Source: an uncultured Actinomycetes bacterium (GTDB taxonomy: Bacteria; Actinomycetota; Thermoleophilia; RBG-16-64-13). From it: a DNA stretch of 64,000 nucleotides. The stretch spans positions 2,976 to 66,975 of the forward strand of contig CAIQPS010000074.1 in NCBI GenBank assembly GCA_903873715.1, written 5' to 3'. The position numbers and the translations under genes are program-made. Below the pieces are notes generated by a model. That model was not told the origin of the DNA and made no database searches. It saw only the letters and a list, made by a program, of their open reading frames with translations. Below, one piece after another: positions 1 to 9,989 of this stretch (position 1 is its first letter; each line of letters opens with the position of its first letter).

Positions 1-261
1 GACCCTGGGGTCGGTCTCAAGCGCGTGGATCTTGGTCAGGGCCCCGATGGCGAGCGAATCGCCGTCGTCCCGGATGTACTCGAGGCCAGGCACCGTCTTG
101 AGGTTCACCAGGAGCTCCGGCCCGGCGGGATGGATGTCGTCCTTGACCGTGCCGAACACGTCGGTGCCCCCAGCGACGGCCTTGGCCGCACCCGGCTTCT
201 GCGCCAGCAGTCCCGCCGCCTCGTCGAGTGACGTGGCGTTCACGAACTCGAAGGGCTTCAT
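1..261 (-). CDS. Mo-hydroxylase (xanthine dehydrogenase/CO dehydrogenase family) FAD-binding medium subunit, N-terminal fragment; the gene runs off the window start
   Basis: Minus-strand translation from the ATG at 259-261 gives MKPFEFVNATSLDEAAGLLAQKPGAAKAVAGGTDVFGTVKDD..., a typical FAD-binding subunit N-terminus. The ATG overlaps the TGA of the large-subunit gene (ATGA coupling). Absent from the ORF track because it is truncated. Confidence 0.75.
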   Translation of the reverse strand, partial: MKPFEFVNATSLDEAAGLLAQKPGAAKAVAGGTDVFGTVKDDIHPAGPELLVNLKTVPGLEYIRDDGDSLAIGALTKIHALETDPRV

Positions 262-2672
262 CGATCCACCCCCGCGGCCAACCGTGAAGGCGGAGTGGGG
301 GGTTCCGGTACCTTGTACCCACCCTTGGCCAGGGCGGCAAGGATCTTCTCGGGCTTCATGGGGATCTCGTCCACGCGCACGCCTATGGCGTTGTAGACGG
401 CGTTGGCGATGGCCCGAGGAGTGGAGGTGGACGCGCCCTCGCCCATACCGCACGCGCCGTACTCACCCGCCCCGCGCCAGACCTCGAGCAGCACCGGCTC
501 GATGTCGGGGAAGTCGAGGATGGTGGGCAGCGAATAGTCCACCCAGTTGAAGTTGAGCGGCGCGCCGGTCGCCGGGTCGTACACGATCTCCTCGGTGAGG
601 CTCTCGCCGATGCCGAACGTCTGGCTGCCGACCTGCTGGGCCTCGGCGCCCGACGCGTACATCACGGTCCCGCAGTCGTGGACCACGACCATCCTCAGAA
701 CGTCCACCTTGCCGGTCTCGGTGTCGACCTCCACCTCGGCGAACGTGGCCGCGAAGGGAGCGCCGGTCTTGGTGACGTCGGGCATCTGGGTGACGGTCAC
801 GACAACCGGCACCATGTCGCCGAACCACAGCATGTCGCGGATGAGCCTGCCCCGCTCCGGGTCGGCCTTGACGAACGCCTTGCCGTCGACGATGTCGATC
901 TCTTCCGGAGCGGCCTCGAGCACGGCGGCCGCTCGGTTTATCAGCTCCGCTTTGAGTTGCGTCCCGATGGCGGGCATGAGCTCCGGCTGCAGGTAGGCGC
1001 AGGAGCTGTCGGTCTGGATCATGTCCTTGAGGCCGGTCTCGGTGTCCACCACGGAGACCCAGTGGATGTCCTCGGGCTTGGTCCCGAGGAAGCTCAGGGC
1101 GTCCGCGCAGGCGAACGTCACGCAGGCGTTGGAGCCGACGCCGGTCTCCACCATGGGCGCCTGGAGGACGACGGACATGTCCGGGTTGAGCTTGACCTGG
1201 GCCTGGACACGCCCCCGCATCTCTTCCTGCCAGGCGGCGTGCCACGTGCAGTTGCCGGAGAAGCCCATGCCGCGCTTCCGGGCGCCGTCGTAGACCGGGC
1301 CCTTGCCCGCCGGATGGCGGTCCTTCCAGCCGATGCGCTCGGCCCCGGTGCGGAGCACCGCTTCGACACTCTTGTTGGGCGCCGGCTCCCATTCGTGGCC
1401 GTAATTCTTGATGGCGATCTCCACCGGGTCGATGCCCAGCTCCTCGCCCAGCATGTCGATACCGAGGCCCATCGCGAAGTTGTGCTGGATGTTGCCGATG
1501 CCGCGCATGCAGCCGCCGGGTACCTTGTTGGTGTAGACCACGTAGCCCTCGTACCGCAGGTTGGGGATGGGGGCCATCATGTTCTCCAGCACGTCCCACT
1601 TGACCACCAGCTTGACCGAGGCCATGCCGTGGCCGTGGTAGGCGCCGGTGTCACCCAGGGCCTTGAAGTCGGCGGCGACGATGGTGCCGTCCTTCTTGGC
1701 GCCCAACTTCACGCGGTAGTTGACCGGGTTGCGGGTGTCGTGGAAGTCCTCGCGGCGGGTCATCTTGTAGCGGACGGGGCGGCCGGTCTTCTTGGCCAGC
1801 AGTGCGGTGAAGATATAGAAAGACTGCTCGCCCATGTTGCAGCGGCCGAAGTTGCCGCCGATGTACGGGTTGATCACCCGGACGTTCTTGAGGGGCAGCC
1901 CAGTCATCTGCGAGACGTACATCCGCGTCTGGTCGGGCGCGTAGTAGTTGTTCCAGCAGGTGAGCTTGTCGCCTTCCCAGGTGATCAGGCAGCCGCGGGT
2001 GTCCAGGGCCGAGTGGTCGGCCCGGTGGTACTGGCAGGTCGCTTCCACGACCACGTCCGCCTGGGCGAGGGCCGCCGGAGCGTCGCCCTTCTCGATGAAC
2101 ACGTCCCCGCCGCTGAACTCGTGGACCGGCAGCAGGTTGTCGTCGGGGTTGATGTCGGGGTGGAGGATGGGGGCCTCAGGCTGCAGCGAGTCGTACTGGT
2201 CGAGCACGAAGGGGAGTCGTTCCCACTCTATCTCCACCAGGTCCAGGGCCGCGTCCGCGATGGCCTCGCTCTCGGCGGCCACTACCACCCCGGCTTCATC
2301 GCCCACCCAGCGCACCGTGGAATCGAGGATCTTGTGATCCTTGATGTTCGGGTAGTACATCTGGTCGTGCGAAGCGCTGTTGACACTGGTCCACGCGCAG
2401 CAGGTGGCGGGCAGGTCGGCGAGGGCAGGGTCGTCGTAGCGGAGTACGGCTTTGACGCCGGGGAGTGCTTCGGCCTTGCTTGTGTCCATGCTCTTGATGC
2501 GGGCGTGCGGATACGGGCTGCGCAGCACCTTGGCGTAGAGCACGTTGCGCATCCCGGCGACGACGTCGTCCAGGTATTCCGCGCGGCCGGAGGCTTTGGC
2601 CAGCCCGTCCACCCGCGGATGGTACGACCCGACGAAGTCCCGGGGGACCCGTTGCTTGAAGGGCTCACGCAT
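258..2672 (-). CDS. Molybdopterin-dependent hydroxylase large subunit (xanthine dehydrogenase/aldehyde oxidase/CoxL family)
   Basis: 804-aa ORF with a uniform hydrophilic profile and family-typical N-terminus (SYHPRVDGLAKASGRAEYLDD...). It is flanked by the 2Fe-2S and FAD subunits with 8-nt and 4-nt overlaps. Confidence 0.9.
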   Translation of the reverse strand: MREPFKQRVPRDFVGSYHPRVDGLAKASGRAEYLDDVVAGMRNVLYAKVLRSPYPHARIKSMDTSKAEALPGVKAVLRYDDPALADLPATCCAWTSVNSASHDQMYYPNIKDHKILDSTVRWVGDEAGVVVAAESEAIADAALDLVEIEWERLPFVLDQYDSLQPEAPILHPDINPDDNLLPVHEFSGGDVFIEKGDAPAALAQADVVVEATCQYHRADHSALDTRGCLITWEGDKLTCWNNYYAPDQTRMYVSQMTGLPLKNVRVINPYIGGNFGRCNMGEQSFYIFTALLAKKTGRPVRYKMTRREDFHDTRNPVNYRVKLGAKKDGTIVAADFKALGDTGAYHGHGMASVKLVVKWDVLENMMAPIPNLRYEGYVVYTNKVPGGCMRGIGNIQHNFAMGLGIDMLGEELGIDPVEIAIKNYGHEWEPAPNKSVEAVLRTGAERIGWKDRHPAGKGPVYDGARKRGMGFSGNCTWHAAWQEEMRGRVQAQVKLNPDMSVVLQAPMVETGVGSNACVTFACADALSFLGTKPEDIHWVSVVDTETGLKDMIQTDSSCAYLQPELMPAIGTQLKAELINRAAAVLEAAPEEIDIVDGKAFVKADPERGRLIRDMLWFGDMVPVVVTVTQMPDVTKTGAPFAATFAEVEVDTETGKVDVLRMVVVHDCGTVMYASGAEAQQVGSQTFGIGESLTEEIVYDPATGAPLNFNWVDYSLPTILDFPDIEPVLLEVWRGAGEYGACGMGEGASTSTPRAIANAVYNAIGVRVDEIPMKPEKILAALAKGGYKVPEPPTPPSRLAAGVDR

Positions 2673-3231
2673 GGGTGGCCTCCTTGGCGGAGCCGGCGCC
2701 CGACGTGGCGGCGCCGGCTGCCCCGGCGGCGCGGGCCTTCATCGTGGCGGCCGCCTTGAGCACCGCGCGCGCGATGGCCGGGTAGCAGCCGCACCGGCAG
2801 ATGTTGCCGGCCAGCGCCTCTTTGACCTCGTCCATGGTCGGGTCGGGGTTCTCGTTGAGCAGACCCTTGGCGGCCATGACGAACCCGGGGGTGCAGAAGC
2901 CGCACTGCATTGCCGTGCCGTACCCCGGCTCGCATTGCTCGTAGAAGGCCTGGATGACCGGATCGTCCGCCGGCAACCCCTCGATGGTGAGCACCTCGTG
3001 GCCATCGGCCTCGAGCGCCAGCATCATGCACGAGAGCACGGCCCGGCCGTCCAGCAACACGGTGCAGGCGCCGCAGGCGCCCTGGTCGCAGGCGACCTTC
3101 AACCCGGTGTAGCCGAGACGGTCTCGGAGGACGGAGGAGAGGGTGTCCGAGGGGTGGAAGTCCCTTGACGGGTCGAGCGTCACCGTGGACCCGTTCACGA
3201 CCAGCGTAATAGCCCCTGCGTGCGATGCCAT
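2665..3231 (-). CDS. Mo-hydroxylase small subunit, (2Fe-2S)-binding (CoxS/XdhC-type)
   Basis: 188 aa with plant-type 2Fe-2S motif CDQGACGACTV and a second cluster motif CGFCTPG...CRCGCY. Overlaps the large-subunit start by 8 nt. Confidence 0.9.
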   Translation of the reverse strand: MASHAGAITLVVNGSTVTLDPSRDFHPSDTLSSVLRDRLGYTGLKVACDQGACGACTVLLDGRAVLSCMMLALEADGHEVLTIEGLPADDPVIQAFYEQCEPGYGTAMQCGFCTPGFVMAAKGLLNENPDPTMDEVKEALAGNICRCGCYPAIARAVLKAAATMKARAAGAAGAATSGAGSAKEATHA

Positions 3232-3410
3232 ATGTTTGTACCCCTCTGCCTGGACGGCGGCTGCGGGTCGCCGTTAGGGGTTGAAATATACAGAGTGGTT
3301 ACTAACGGCGCAACGCCGCGTGGGTAGAACTGAGGCGGGGTCCATTGTGCGTCCGGCCAGGCGTATCGCGTGGTGACACCGGTGCCGCCGCGGCGCCGGC
3401 CGGCGGCCGC

Positions 3411-4385
3411 TCAGTGGCGGTGCAGGCCCCCGTTCGCGCCGTTCTGCTTGAGCGCCACGGGCACGAGGTCGCAACTGCTGCCCGCGCACTGGCCGCCTTC
3501 GTCCTCGAGTTCGACCGTGACGTGGCCCACGCCGAACTGCCTGGCGAGCACGTCTTTGACGCCGGTCATGACGGCTCCCAGCTCGGACAGCGCCGCATCC
3601 GCCACCACGACATGTGCCGAAAGGGCAAGGTCGGTGGAGGAGATGGACCAGATATGCAGGTCGTGAACGCCTTTGACGCCCGGGACGGCCCCCATGGCCT
3701 CGACCACTTCGCCGAACTCGACACTCTCCGGCGTGCCCTCCATGAGCACGTTGACCGCCTTCCTCACAATCGCTATCGCCTCCCGCCCGATCCACAGCGA
3801 GACGAGCACCGACACGATGGCGTCCGCATAGCTCCAGCCTGTCAAGTACACGACGAGGCCGCTGATCATGACCCCCAGGCTGGTGACCGCATCGCCCAGA
3901 AGATGAAGGAAGGCACTGCGCAGATTGAGGTCGCCTCCGTGGGCCCGAAGTAGCAGCGCTGCGATCCCGTTGATGACCAGGCCTGCCCCGGCGAAGGCCA
4001 CCACGAGGAGTCCCTCCACTGAGTGGGGCCCCAGCATGCGCCGGACCGCCTCGACGATGATGTACACCGAGATGGCCACCAGTACCGTCGAGTTGAAGAG
4101 GGCCACCAGGATCTCGGAGCGCTTGTACGCGAACGTGCGGCGAGGGTTGGCCGGCCTTCTCCCGAGCCGGACGGCCCACAGGCTCAGGCCCAGGGCCACC
4201 ACGTCGCTCAGGTTGTGCGCGGCATCCGACAGGAGGCCGAGGCTGTTCGCCAGGATCCCGCCGACCACCTGCAGAAGCGTGATGAGCAGGTTGAGAGCGA
4301 GGCTGAGTATCAGCCGGCCGTCGGGCGCGGACGGGATGGTGGTGCCGCGCGGGGCGGGATGGCCGTGGTCGTGTGGGTCGGTCAC
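3411..4385 (-). CDS. Cation diffusion facilitator (CDF) family metal efflux transporter (CzcD-like)
   Basis: C-terminal ~325 aa of a fused 681-aa ORF. Six TM helices with HNLSD and HLLGD metal-binding motifs and a C-terminal cytoplasmic domain. GTG start at 4383-4385 overlaps the stop of the upstream MBL gene. The N-terminal 350 aa of the long ORF is an out-of-context Arg/Gly-rich frame. Confidence 0.85.
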   Translation of the reverse strand: MTDPHDHGHPAPRGTTIPSAPDGRLILSLALNLLITLLQVVGGILANSLGLLSDAAHNLSDVVALGLSLWAVRLGRRPANPRRTFAYKRSEILVALFNSTVLVAISVYIIVEAVRRMLGPHSVEGLLVVAFAGAGLVINGIAALLLRAHGGDLNLRSAFLHLLGDAVTSLGVMISGLVVYLTGWSYADAIVSVLVSLWIGREAIAIVRKAVNVLMEGTPESVEFGEVVEAMGAVPGVKGVHDLHIWSISSTDLALSAHVVVADAALSELGAVMTGVKDVLARQFGVGHVTVELEDEGGQCAGSSCDLVPVALKQNGANGGLHRH

Positions 4386-5488
4386 GCGGCCGGTCCTGAC
4401 GCGGTCGCGTCGGCAGGCAGGGCGACGCCTGCGGCGGCGGCTTGGCCGGGCGCTCCGACCCTGATCTCTTCTCCCACCCGCAGGGTGCGACAGCGGTCTC
4501 CGAGGATCGCCGCGAACTCCCTGAGGCTCCAGTCGCAGATGTCGTGACCGGACAGTCCCACCAGACCGAGATCCAGACCGGCGAGGAAGCGGGCGGTGGC
4601 GCGCGCTTCGCGGCGGCGGATGCGCTGCCAGGGCAACTTCCCGTTGCCCAGGATGTTCTGCCCGCCCTTGCCCACGCGGGACCCGGTGACGGGGAAGTGC
4701 AGCCCTCCCACCACGCCGTACAGCGGTCTGCCGGTCACGGCTTGGGCTCGCGCGGCCAGCCGCTCGACGAGCGGGTGGCCGCAGCCGACGATCATGACCA
4801 CGCCCTTGCCCTCGACGTCGACGAGCAGGGCCTGCTCGGCCACCGGCCCCATGAGCCACAGCGCACGGGTGATGGGCCCGGTGCTGGCGACACCCTCGGC
4901 CAGCTTGAGCGGCCCGGTCACGACGTCCACCGTCGCCGATTCGTGGGTCATCCTCGTGGGCAGGTAGGCGGTCTTGCCGGTGAGATCCACCGGCCCGCGG
5001 GACAGGGAGAAGGTCCTGCGCCGCATCTCGGCTATGCCGCCCACGTGGTCGAGGTGGCAATGGGAGACGAAGACCGCGTCGACATCCGCAGGCGATACCC
5101 CGAGTGCCCCCATGTTGCGGAGCAGCGGCGAGGGATGGTCCTCCCGCTCGTTCCGCCCGACATCGAACAGGATCCTCAGACCGTCGACGGTGACCAGGTA
5201 CGAGACGCCCGGCTCGCCCGCCAACTCGGGCCGGCTGGGGTAGAACTCGATCAACGGCAGGATGGAGAGGCTCTTGGCGGTGCCGAGACCGGCGAGCACC
5301 GGGGCCGCACCCGAGAGGTCCGGGCTGTGCGACGTCTCGTCCCCCGTATGGTGCTCCGCCGCCGCGCGCTCCGCCGCCCAATCTGCTTCGAAGCGCCGCC
5401 GGTCCCTCAGGAAGGCTGCCGTGGTGCGGGGTTTCGCCACCCCGGCGGCAGCCCAATAGACCGCGTAGGCCTTCTCTTTGAGCGACAT
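4382..5488 (-). CDS. MBL-fold metallo-hydrolase
   Basis: HCHLDHVGG motif (HxHxDH) and downstream His/Asp ligands. 4-nt overlap with the CDF gene. Confidence 0.8.
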   Translation of the reverse strand: MSLKEKAYAVYWAAAGVAKPRTTAAFLRDRRRFEADWAAERAAAEHHTGDETSHSPDLSGAAPVLAGLGTAKSLSILPLIEFYPSRPELAGEPGVSYLVTVDGLRILFDVGRNEREDHPSPLLRNMGALGVSPADVDAVFVSHCHLDHVGGIAEMRRRTFSLSRGPVDLTGKTAYLPTRMTHESATVDVVTGPLKLAEGVASTGPITRALWLMGPVAEQALLVDVEGKGVVMIVGCGHPLVERLAARAQAVTGRPLYGVVGGLHFPVTGSRVGKGGQNILGNGKLPWQRIRRREARATARFLAGLDLGLVGLSGHDICDWSLREFAAILGDRCRTLRVGEEIRVGAPGQAAAAGVALPADATASGPAA

Positions 5489-5505
5489 CGCGAGCAGTCC
5501 TCCCT

Positions 5506-5994
5506 CTAGCCGTTACCGTCGGTGGTCTCGCCGGCCGCGCCCCGCCGGGAGGCGAAGAAGTCTCGGAGGATCCGGGCGGTCTCGGCTTCCATGACGCCGG
5601 CCCGCACCTCGGGGCTGTGATTGAGGGCCGGATGGTCGACCACGTTGAAGATGCTGCCGGCAGCGCCTGCCTTCGGGTCGTCGGCGCCGTAGACCAGGCG
5701 TTTTATCCTGGCCAGCACGATGGCGCCGGCGCACATGGCGCAGGGCTCGAGGGTGACGTACAGGGTCGCCTCGGAGAGCCGCCAGGCTCCTGCGATGGCC
5801 GCTGCGTCGCGGAGGACGAGCATCTCGGCGTGTGCGGTGGGGTCGTGGCGGCGCTCGCGCTCGTTGCCGCGGCTCGCGACCACTTCGCCGCCGATGACCA
5901 CGACGGCACCGATGGGCACTTCGCCCTGCTCGGCGGCGCGGCGCGCCTCGTCGAGGGCGAGAGTCATGAAGCGCCGGTCTTCACCGGCCTGCAT
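5506..5994 (-). CDS. tadA: tRNA adenosine(34) deaminase TadA (CDA fold)
   Basis: HAEMLVLR ... PCAMCAGAI zinc-binding deaminase motifs. Start chosen at the internal Met (MQAGEDRRFMTLALDEA); the 70-aa upstream extension in the ORF track is a low-complexity Arg/Ser frame. Confidence 0.8.
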   Translation of the reverse strand: MQAGEDRRFMTLALDEARRAAEQGEVPIGAVVVIGGEVVASRGNERERRHDPTAHAEMLVLRDAAAIAGAWRLSEATLYVTLEPCAMCAGAIVLARIKRLVYGADDPKAGAAGSIFNVVDHPALNHSPEVRAGVMEAETARILRDFFASRRGAAGETTDGNG

Positions 5995-5995
5995 G

Positions 5996-6328
5996 TCAGA
6001 CGACCGCGGGGCCGTCAAAGCCCGCAGACTCCTCGAGTGCGATCTCCTCGTCGACGGCCGGCTCGGCGCCGCCCCGGCGCCACGCCAACAGTGGGCTCTC
6101 CCTGCGACCGTAGGTGAAATAGGCCAGGGGGCCGATCCAGTTGACGAACATGAAGCCCCACCAGAAACGCTTGTCGCCTCTGATCTCCGCTGCCGGGCGG
6201 TGGGCAAGATCCCACAACCCGAGCGCGAGCAGGCCGAACTGGAACGTGGCTCCTACGATGATGCCGATCTTCTGAAGAAGAGAAAGGTCGGCCCAGCGTT
6301 TCTTCTGCATCTCGCGATCCTCCCGCAT
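5996..6328 (-). CDS. PLD nuclease N-terminal domain (PLDc_N) small membrane protein
   Basis: 110 aa with two TM helices and a conserved KRFWWGFMFVNWIGPLAYF motif. Stop is 1 nt from the tadA start. Confidence 0.7.
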   Translation of the reverse strand: MREDREMQKKRWADLSLLQKIGIIVGATFQFGLLALGLWDLAHRPAAEIRGDKRFWWGFMFVNWIGPLAYFTYGRRESPLLAWRRGGAEPAVDEEIALEESAGFDGPAVV

Positions 6329-6511
6329 GCCGATGGTAGAACTGCTGGACTAGTTCCCATGATACAGCCGCGATGAATCCCCGGCAGCGGGGTGAGGATC
6401 CAGGCGAGTCACCGGCCTGGGAGGGCCTGGCGGCGCGGGCCTCCGCCCGTGCCGGGTGCTCGCGGGGAGGGCGAGCAGCCGCTGCGCGGAGGCGCCTGTG
6501 GGGAGCCGGCC

Positions 6512-6760
6512 CTAGGCTGCGTCGAGGTGGCGCAGTTCGCTGTAGCTGCCGTCGGAGAAGACGATGCGGAGGCTCCGCACTGTGTCCTCATGGATGTCCA
6601 GGTGGATGGCCGCCACGCCGTCCTGCGGGGCCGTGAACTCGATCTGCTGGTTGACGACGGAGTACCTGCGGAATGCGACATAGGCGACGAGCGCCAGAAG
6701 CATGACGACTACGACGATGGCTGCTACCAACATGGCCCCTCCGTTCGGGCGTTCGTTCAT
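6512..6760 (-). CDS. Hypothetical small membrane-anchored protein
   Basis: 82 aa with one N-terminal TM helix (MLVAAIVVVVMLLALVAYVAF) and GC-rich third codon positions consistent with coding. No recognisable domain. Confidence 0.35.
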   Translation of the reverse strand: MNERPNGGAMLVAAIVVVVMLLALVAYVAFRRYSVVNQQIEFTAPQDGVAAIHLDIHEDTVRSLRIVFSDGSYSELRHLDAA

Positions 6761-6897
6761 CTGTCAGAAGCATAGCGAGGGGTCCGGACAGGAAGATTCG
6801 TACAATTGTTCGCCCGTGCACGAGGTCGGTCCCACCGCCGGTGCCCTCACGGTCCACGCGCCGGCAGAGCCCGGTGGAACGAGCGCCGGACGCCGCG

Positions 6898-7689
6898 TCA
6901 GACCTGTTCTGAGTCTTTCCGCATGGCGGCGAGATCGGGCAGGCGCCCGCGGTTCCTGAACAGCAGGACGAAGCTCAGGATGAACCACGCGGCCAGGTTC
7001 ACGATGCTGATGGCCATCAGGGTCTGTCCTCCGCTCGCCGTCCCGTAGCTGGTGGCGAACACGAAGAAATCGTAGAAGCCGTGGAGAAGGGCCACCAGCA
7101 GGAGGCTGCCTCCCGAGCGGATGTACACAGTGCCGAGGGCGTAACCGACGAACATGGTGAATATCACCTGGAAGGCGACGGCCCCCGGCGCCGCATGCGC
7201 CAGGATGTTGACGGCGTGCAGGAACCCGAACAGCACGGAACTGATCAGCAGCGCTTTGCCGGTGCTCATGCGGCGGGCCAGGCCCGTGGTGATGAGCCCC
7301 CGGAACATCCCCTCTTCGGCGAAGCCGACGATCATTGTGGAGACGAACATGGCCGGTATGGTCACCCATTTCCCATGGAACCCCGGGGCCAGGGAGTAGA
7401 CCGCGCCAACGGCGTCGATGAGCATGATGACGATGACCGCGAACAGCGGCCAGGGCGCGCGAAGCCTGCCCGCGCGCACGACCGGGACCCGGTACATCCG
7501 GATGAGGGTGTAGGTGTAGATGAGGGCGACCACGAGGAACGGAGTCTGATAGAAGAGGTTGCCGGCGGTGCCGTACTCGTACGGGTCTACGATCCAGCCG
7601 ATCGCCATGATGATCATGTAGACGACGGCGAACGCCACTGCGGTGATGGGGCGCATCGCGCGGGCGGGGCGGGCTTGTGGCTGCTGCAT
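6898..7689 (-). CDS. CPBP family intramembrane glutamic endopeptidase (CAAX protease/Abi family)
   Basis: Multi-TM protein with EExxxR motif (FAEEGMFRGL) and FxxxH motif (FGFLHAVN, LLHGFYDF). Start set at the internal Met (MQQPQARPA..., ATG 7687-7689); the upstream 83 aa are Arg/Pro-rich noise. Confidence 0.8.
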   Translation of the reverse strand: MQQPQARPARAMRPITAVAFAVVYMIIMAIGWIVDPYEYGTAGNLFYQTPFLVVALIYTYTLIRMYRVPVVRAGRLRAPWPLFAVIVIMLIDAVGAVYSLAPGFHGKWVTIPAMFVSTMIVGFAEEGMFRGLITTGLARRMSTGKALLISSVLFGFLHAVNILAHAAPGAVAFQVIFTMFVGYALGTVYIRSGGSLLLVALLHGFYDFFVFATSYGTASGGQTLMAISIVNLAAWFILSFVLLFRNRGRLPDLAAMRKDSEQV

Positions 7690-7952
7690 GGTGTCCCTCT
7701 GACGGTCCGGCCGGTCGATTGTCGGTGACAGCGTAGCGCACAACTGCCGGACAGCCCTAATGCCGCGCCCGGCCTCGGGGCCGCGGGCGGGGCGAGGCCG
7801 GCGGAGTCCCCGAGTACAAAGACCGTAGTGAGCGCTTACATCTTTAGGTATAGTGAGTATGAGCGGACCAGCAGCCCGGCACCGGCTCGGCGGCTCGCGC
7901 CGCGGGCCTGGGCTTCGCTCTCCGGCAGCACGAAACATTTAGGAGGCGGCGG

Positions 7953-9671
7953 ATGTTCAGCGAGATCCTCATCCCTGAGGTCATGCAGACCATGATCCCT
8001 GAGGGCTTCCCCTTCGACCGGCTGAGTCAGCCCAAGTACAAGGTCAAGGTCGAGAAGGACGTCTTCATCGAGATGCGCGACGGCGTGCACGTCGCGGTCG
8101 ACGTCTACCGTCCGGACGCCGAGGGCGAGTTCCCAGTGCTGTACGCGTCTTCGCCCTACCAGAAGGACCTCTACTACCTGCCGGCCGTCCCGACGTTCCA
8201 CATGCGCGAGACCAACAAGATCGAGTGGTTCGTCGAGCGCGGCTATGTCTATGTGAACCACGACATCCGCGGGTGCGGCAAGTCGGTGGAGGGCCAGTGG
8301 CAGTGGCACAGCATGCCGGAGCGCTGGGACCACTACGACGTCATCGAGTGGGCCGCGGCGCAGCCCTGGTCCACCGGTAAGGTGGGCATGATCGGCGAGT
8401 CCTACTACGCGTGGACGCAGTGGATGGCCGCCTCTCTCGCCCCGCCGCACCTGGCCTGCATCGTCCCGTTCGACGGCGGCGCCGATATGTACCGTGACGT
8501 GGCCTACCACGGCGGCATCCTGGCCACCGGTTTCCCGAGCGGCTGGCATATCACCGAGATCCGCGGGCACTACTGCGTGGGCCGCAAGGCCGAGGATGCC
8601 ACCCAGGGCGACTGGGACCTGGCCTGGAACGTCATCAACCACCAGACCATCGATCAGTTCTGGAAGGACCGCGACCCCGACTTCAAGAACATCCAGTGCC
8701 CGGTGTTCTCCATCGGCATCCTGCACAAGGTGGGCATCCACCTGCGCGGCAACCTCCGGGGCTACGAGGAGGTCACCACGCCGAAGAAGCTCATGCTCTG
8801 CCACGGAGACTTCGAGGGCGACGAGGTGGCTATCTTCGAGTCCGAGCAGACCCGCGCCTGGCTGCTGCGCTGGTACGACCACTGGCTCAAGGGCAACGAC
8901 ACCGGCATCATGGACGAGCCGGCGCTCAACATCTTCGTGCGTGGGCAGGAGCAGTACCGCCGCGAGGACGACTGGCCGCTGGCCAGGACGCAGTACACGG
9001 ACCTGTATCTCTCCGGGGCGAAGTCTGGCGCTGTCGTCTCCCTCAACGACGGCGGCCTGTCCTGGGAAGCGCCCACGGCCGTCCAGGATTCTGTCACGTA
9101 CTCCTATCCCGATCCCGACTGGACCGGGTTCTCCGGCGTCGGCACGGCGGTGATGGACCGCGGCATCCTCAACCCCTGCAAGAAGATCCTCACGTTCACC
9201 ACGCCGCCCTTCGAGAAGGACACGGACGTGATAGGGAACATCGTGCTCGTCCTCTATGCCTCGTCCGACCAGCTGGACACCGAGTTCTTGTGCCGCATCT
9301 GGGACCAACTCCCGGATGACGTGCAGGCGCCCGGCATGCCGCCGGCGGGCCGCATCCTCACCCGAGGCTGGCTGAAGGCCTCCCACGCCACCACCAAGGA
9401 CGAGGCCAAGAGCAAGCCGTACCGCCCGTACTATCGCCACGACAAGCCGGTCGAACTGGTGCCCGGCAAGGTCTACAAGTACGAGATCGAGATCTGGGGC
9501 ACGTCCAACTGCTTCCAGAAGGGCCATCGGCTGCGTCTGGACCTGGCCAACGGCGACTCGAACGCGCTAGACTTCGGCGGCCATTACTATGGCTTGAAGG
9601 TAGGGAAGGACACCATCTACTTCGACAAGGAACGGCCGTCGCACCTGGTGCTGCCGGTGATCCCGAGCTGA
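7953..9671 (+). CDS. CocE/NonD family alpha/beta hydrolase (Xaa-Pro dipeptidyl-peptidase S15-like)
   Basis: 572 aa with GESYY nucleophile motif and a C-terminal beta-sandwich typical of the CocE/NonD family. AGGAGG RBS 6 nt upstream. Confidence 0.85.
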   Translation: MFSEILIPEVMQTMIPEGFPFDRLSQPKYKVKVEKDVFIEMRDGVHVAVDVYRPDAEGEFPVLYASSPYQKDLYYLPAVPTFHMRETNKIEWFVERGYVYVNHDIRGCGKSVEGQWQWHSMPERWDHYDVIEWAAAQPWSTGKVGMIGESYYAWTQWMAASLAPPHLACIVPFDGGADMYRDVAYHGGILATGFPSGWHITEIRGHYCVGRKAEDATQGDWDLAWNVINHQTIDQFWKDRDPDFKNIQCPVFSIGILHKVGIHLRGNLRGYEEVTTPKKLMLCHGDFEGDEVAIFESEQTRAWLLRWYDHWLKGNDTGIMDEPALNIFVRGQEQYRREDDWPLARTQYTDLYLSGAKSGAVVSLNDGGLSWEAPTAVQDSVTYSYPDPDWTGFSGVGTAVMDRGILNPCKKILTFTTPPFEKDTDVIGNIVLVLYASSDQLDTEFLCRIWDQLPDDVQAPGMPPAGRILTRGWLKASHATTKDEAKSKPYRPYYRHDKPVELVPGKVYKYEIEIWGTSNCFQKGHRLRLDLANGDSNALDFGGHYYGLKVGKDTIYFDKERPSHLVLPVIPS

Positions 9672-9709
9672 GGGGACGCCGCGCCGGGCGGCGGCGCTGA
9701 GGGGAAGAC

Positions 9710-9937
9710 GTGAAGAGACCGTCGCGCAAGCTGCTCGACCAGATGGGCATCATCCTGCTGATATGCGGGGTGGTGCTCGGCATGGGCGTATCGGTGGGGG
9801 CCACCCACGGCATGGCCCAGTGGCTGGAGATCGTGGGGCTGGTCGTCGGGCTCGTGCTGGTGGTGGCCGGGCTGTGGATGGCCCGCACGTTCCGGCGTGC
9901 GGACCCCAATCGGCCGCAGAAGCCCGACCGGGACTAG
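9710..9937 (+). CDS. Hypothetical small membrane protein (2 TM)
   Basis: 75 aa with GTG start, two hydrophobic helices, and coding-like codon bias. Lies directly downstream of the hydrolase gene. Confidence 0.45.
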   Translation: MKRPSRKLLDQMGIILLICGVVLGMGVSVGATHGMAQWLEIVGLVVGLVLVVAGLWMARTFRRADPNRPQKPDRD

Positions 9938-9989
9938 CGGCTCGGCAGGACCGGCGCCGGGGACGGCGGACCGGGTCACGGAGAACGAA

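Noticed and set aside
463-2759. Multiple long ORFs (463-1599 minus, 678-2759 plus, and others) inside the Mo-hydroxylase large-subunit gene
   Set aside because: They are alternative frames of a confidently assigned gene. The translations are Arg/His/Gly-rich nonsense.
3411-5456. 681-aa fused ORF (MBL frame plus CDF) and the 3274-4179 / 4442-5509 ORFs
   Set aside because: The 681-aa ORF is an artefactual N-terminal extension of the CDF gene through an alternative frame of the MBL gene. The real genes are 3411-4385 and 4382-5488.
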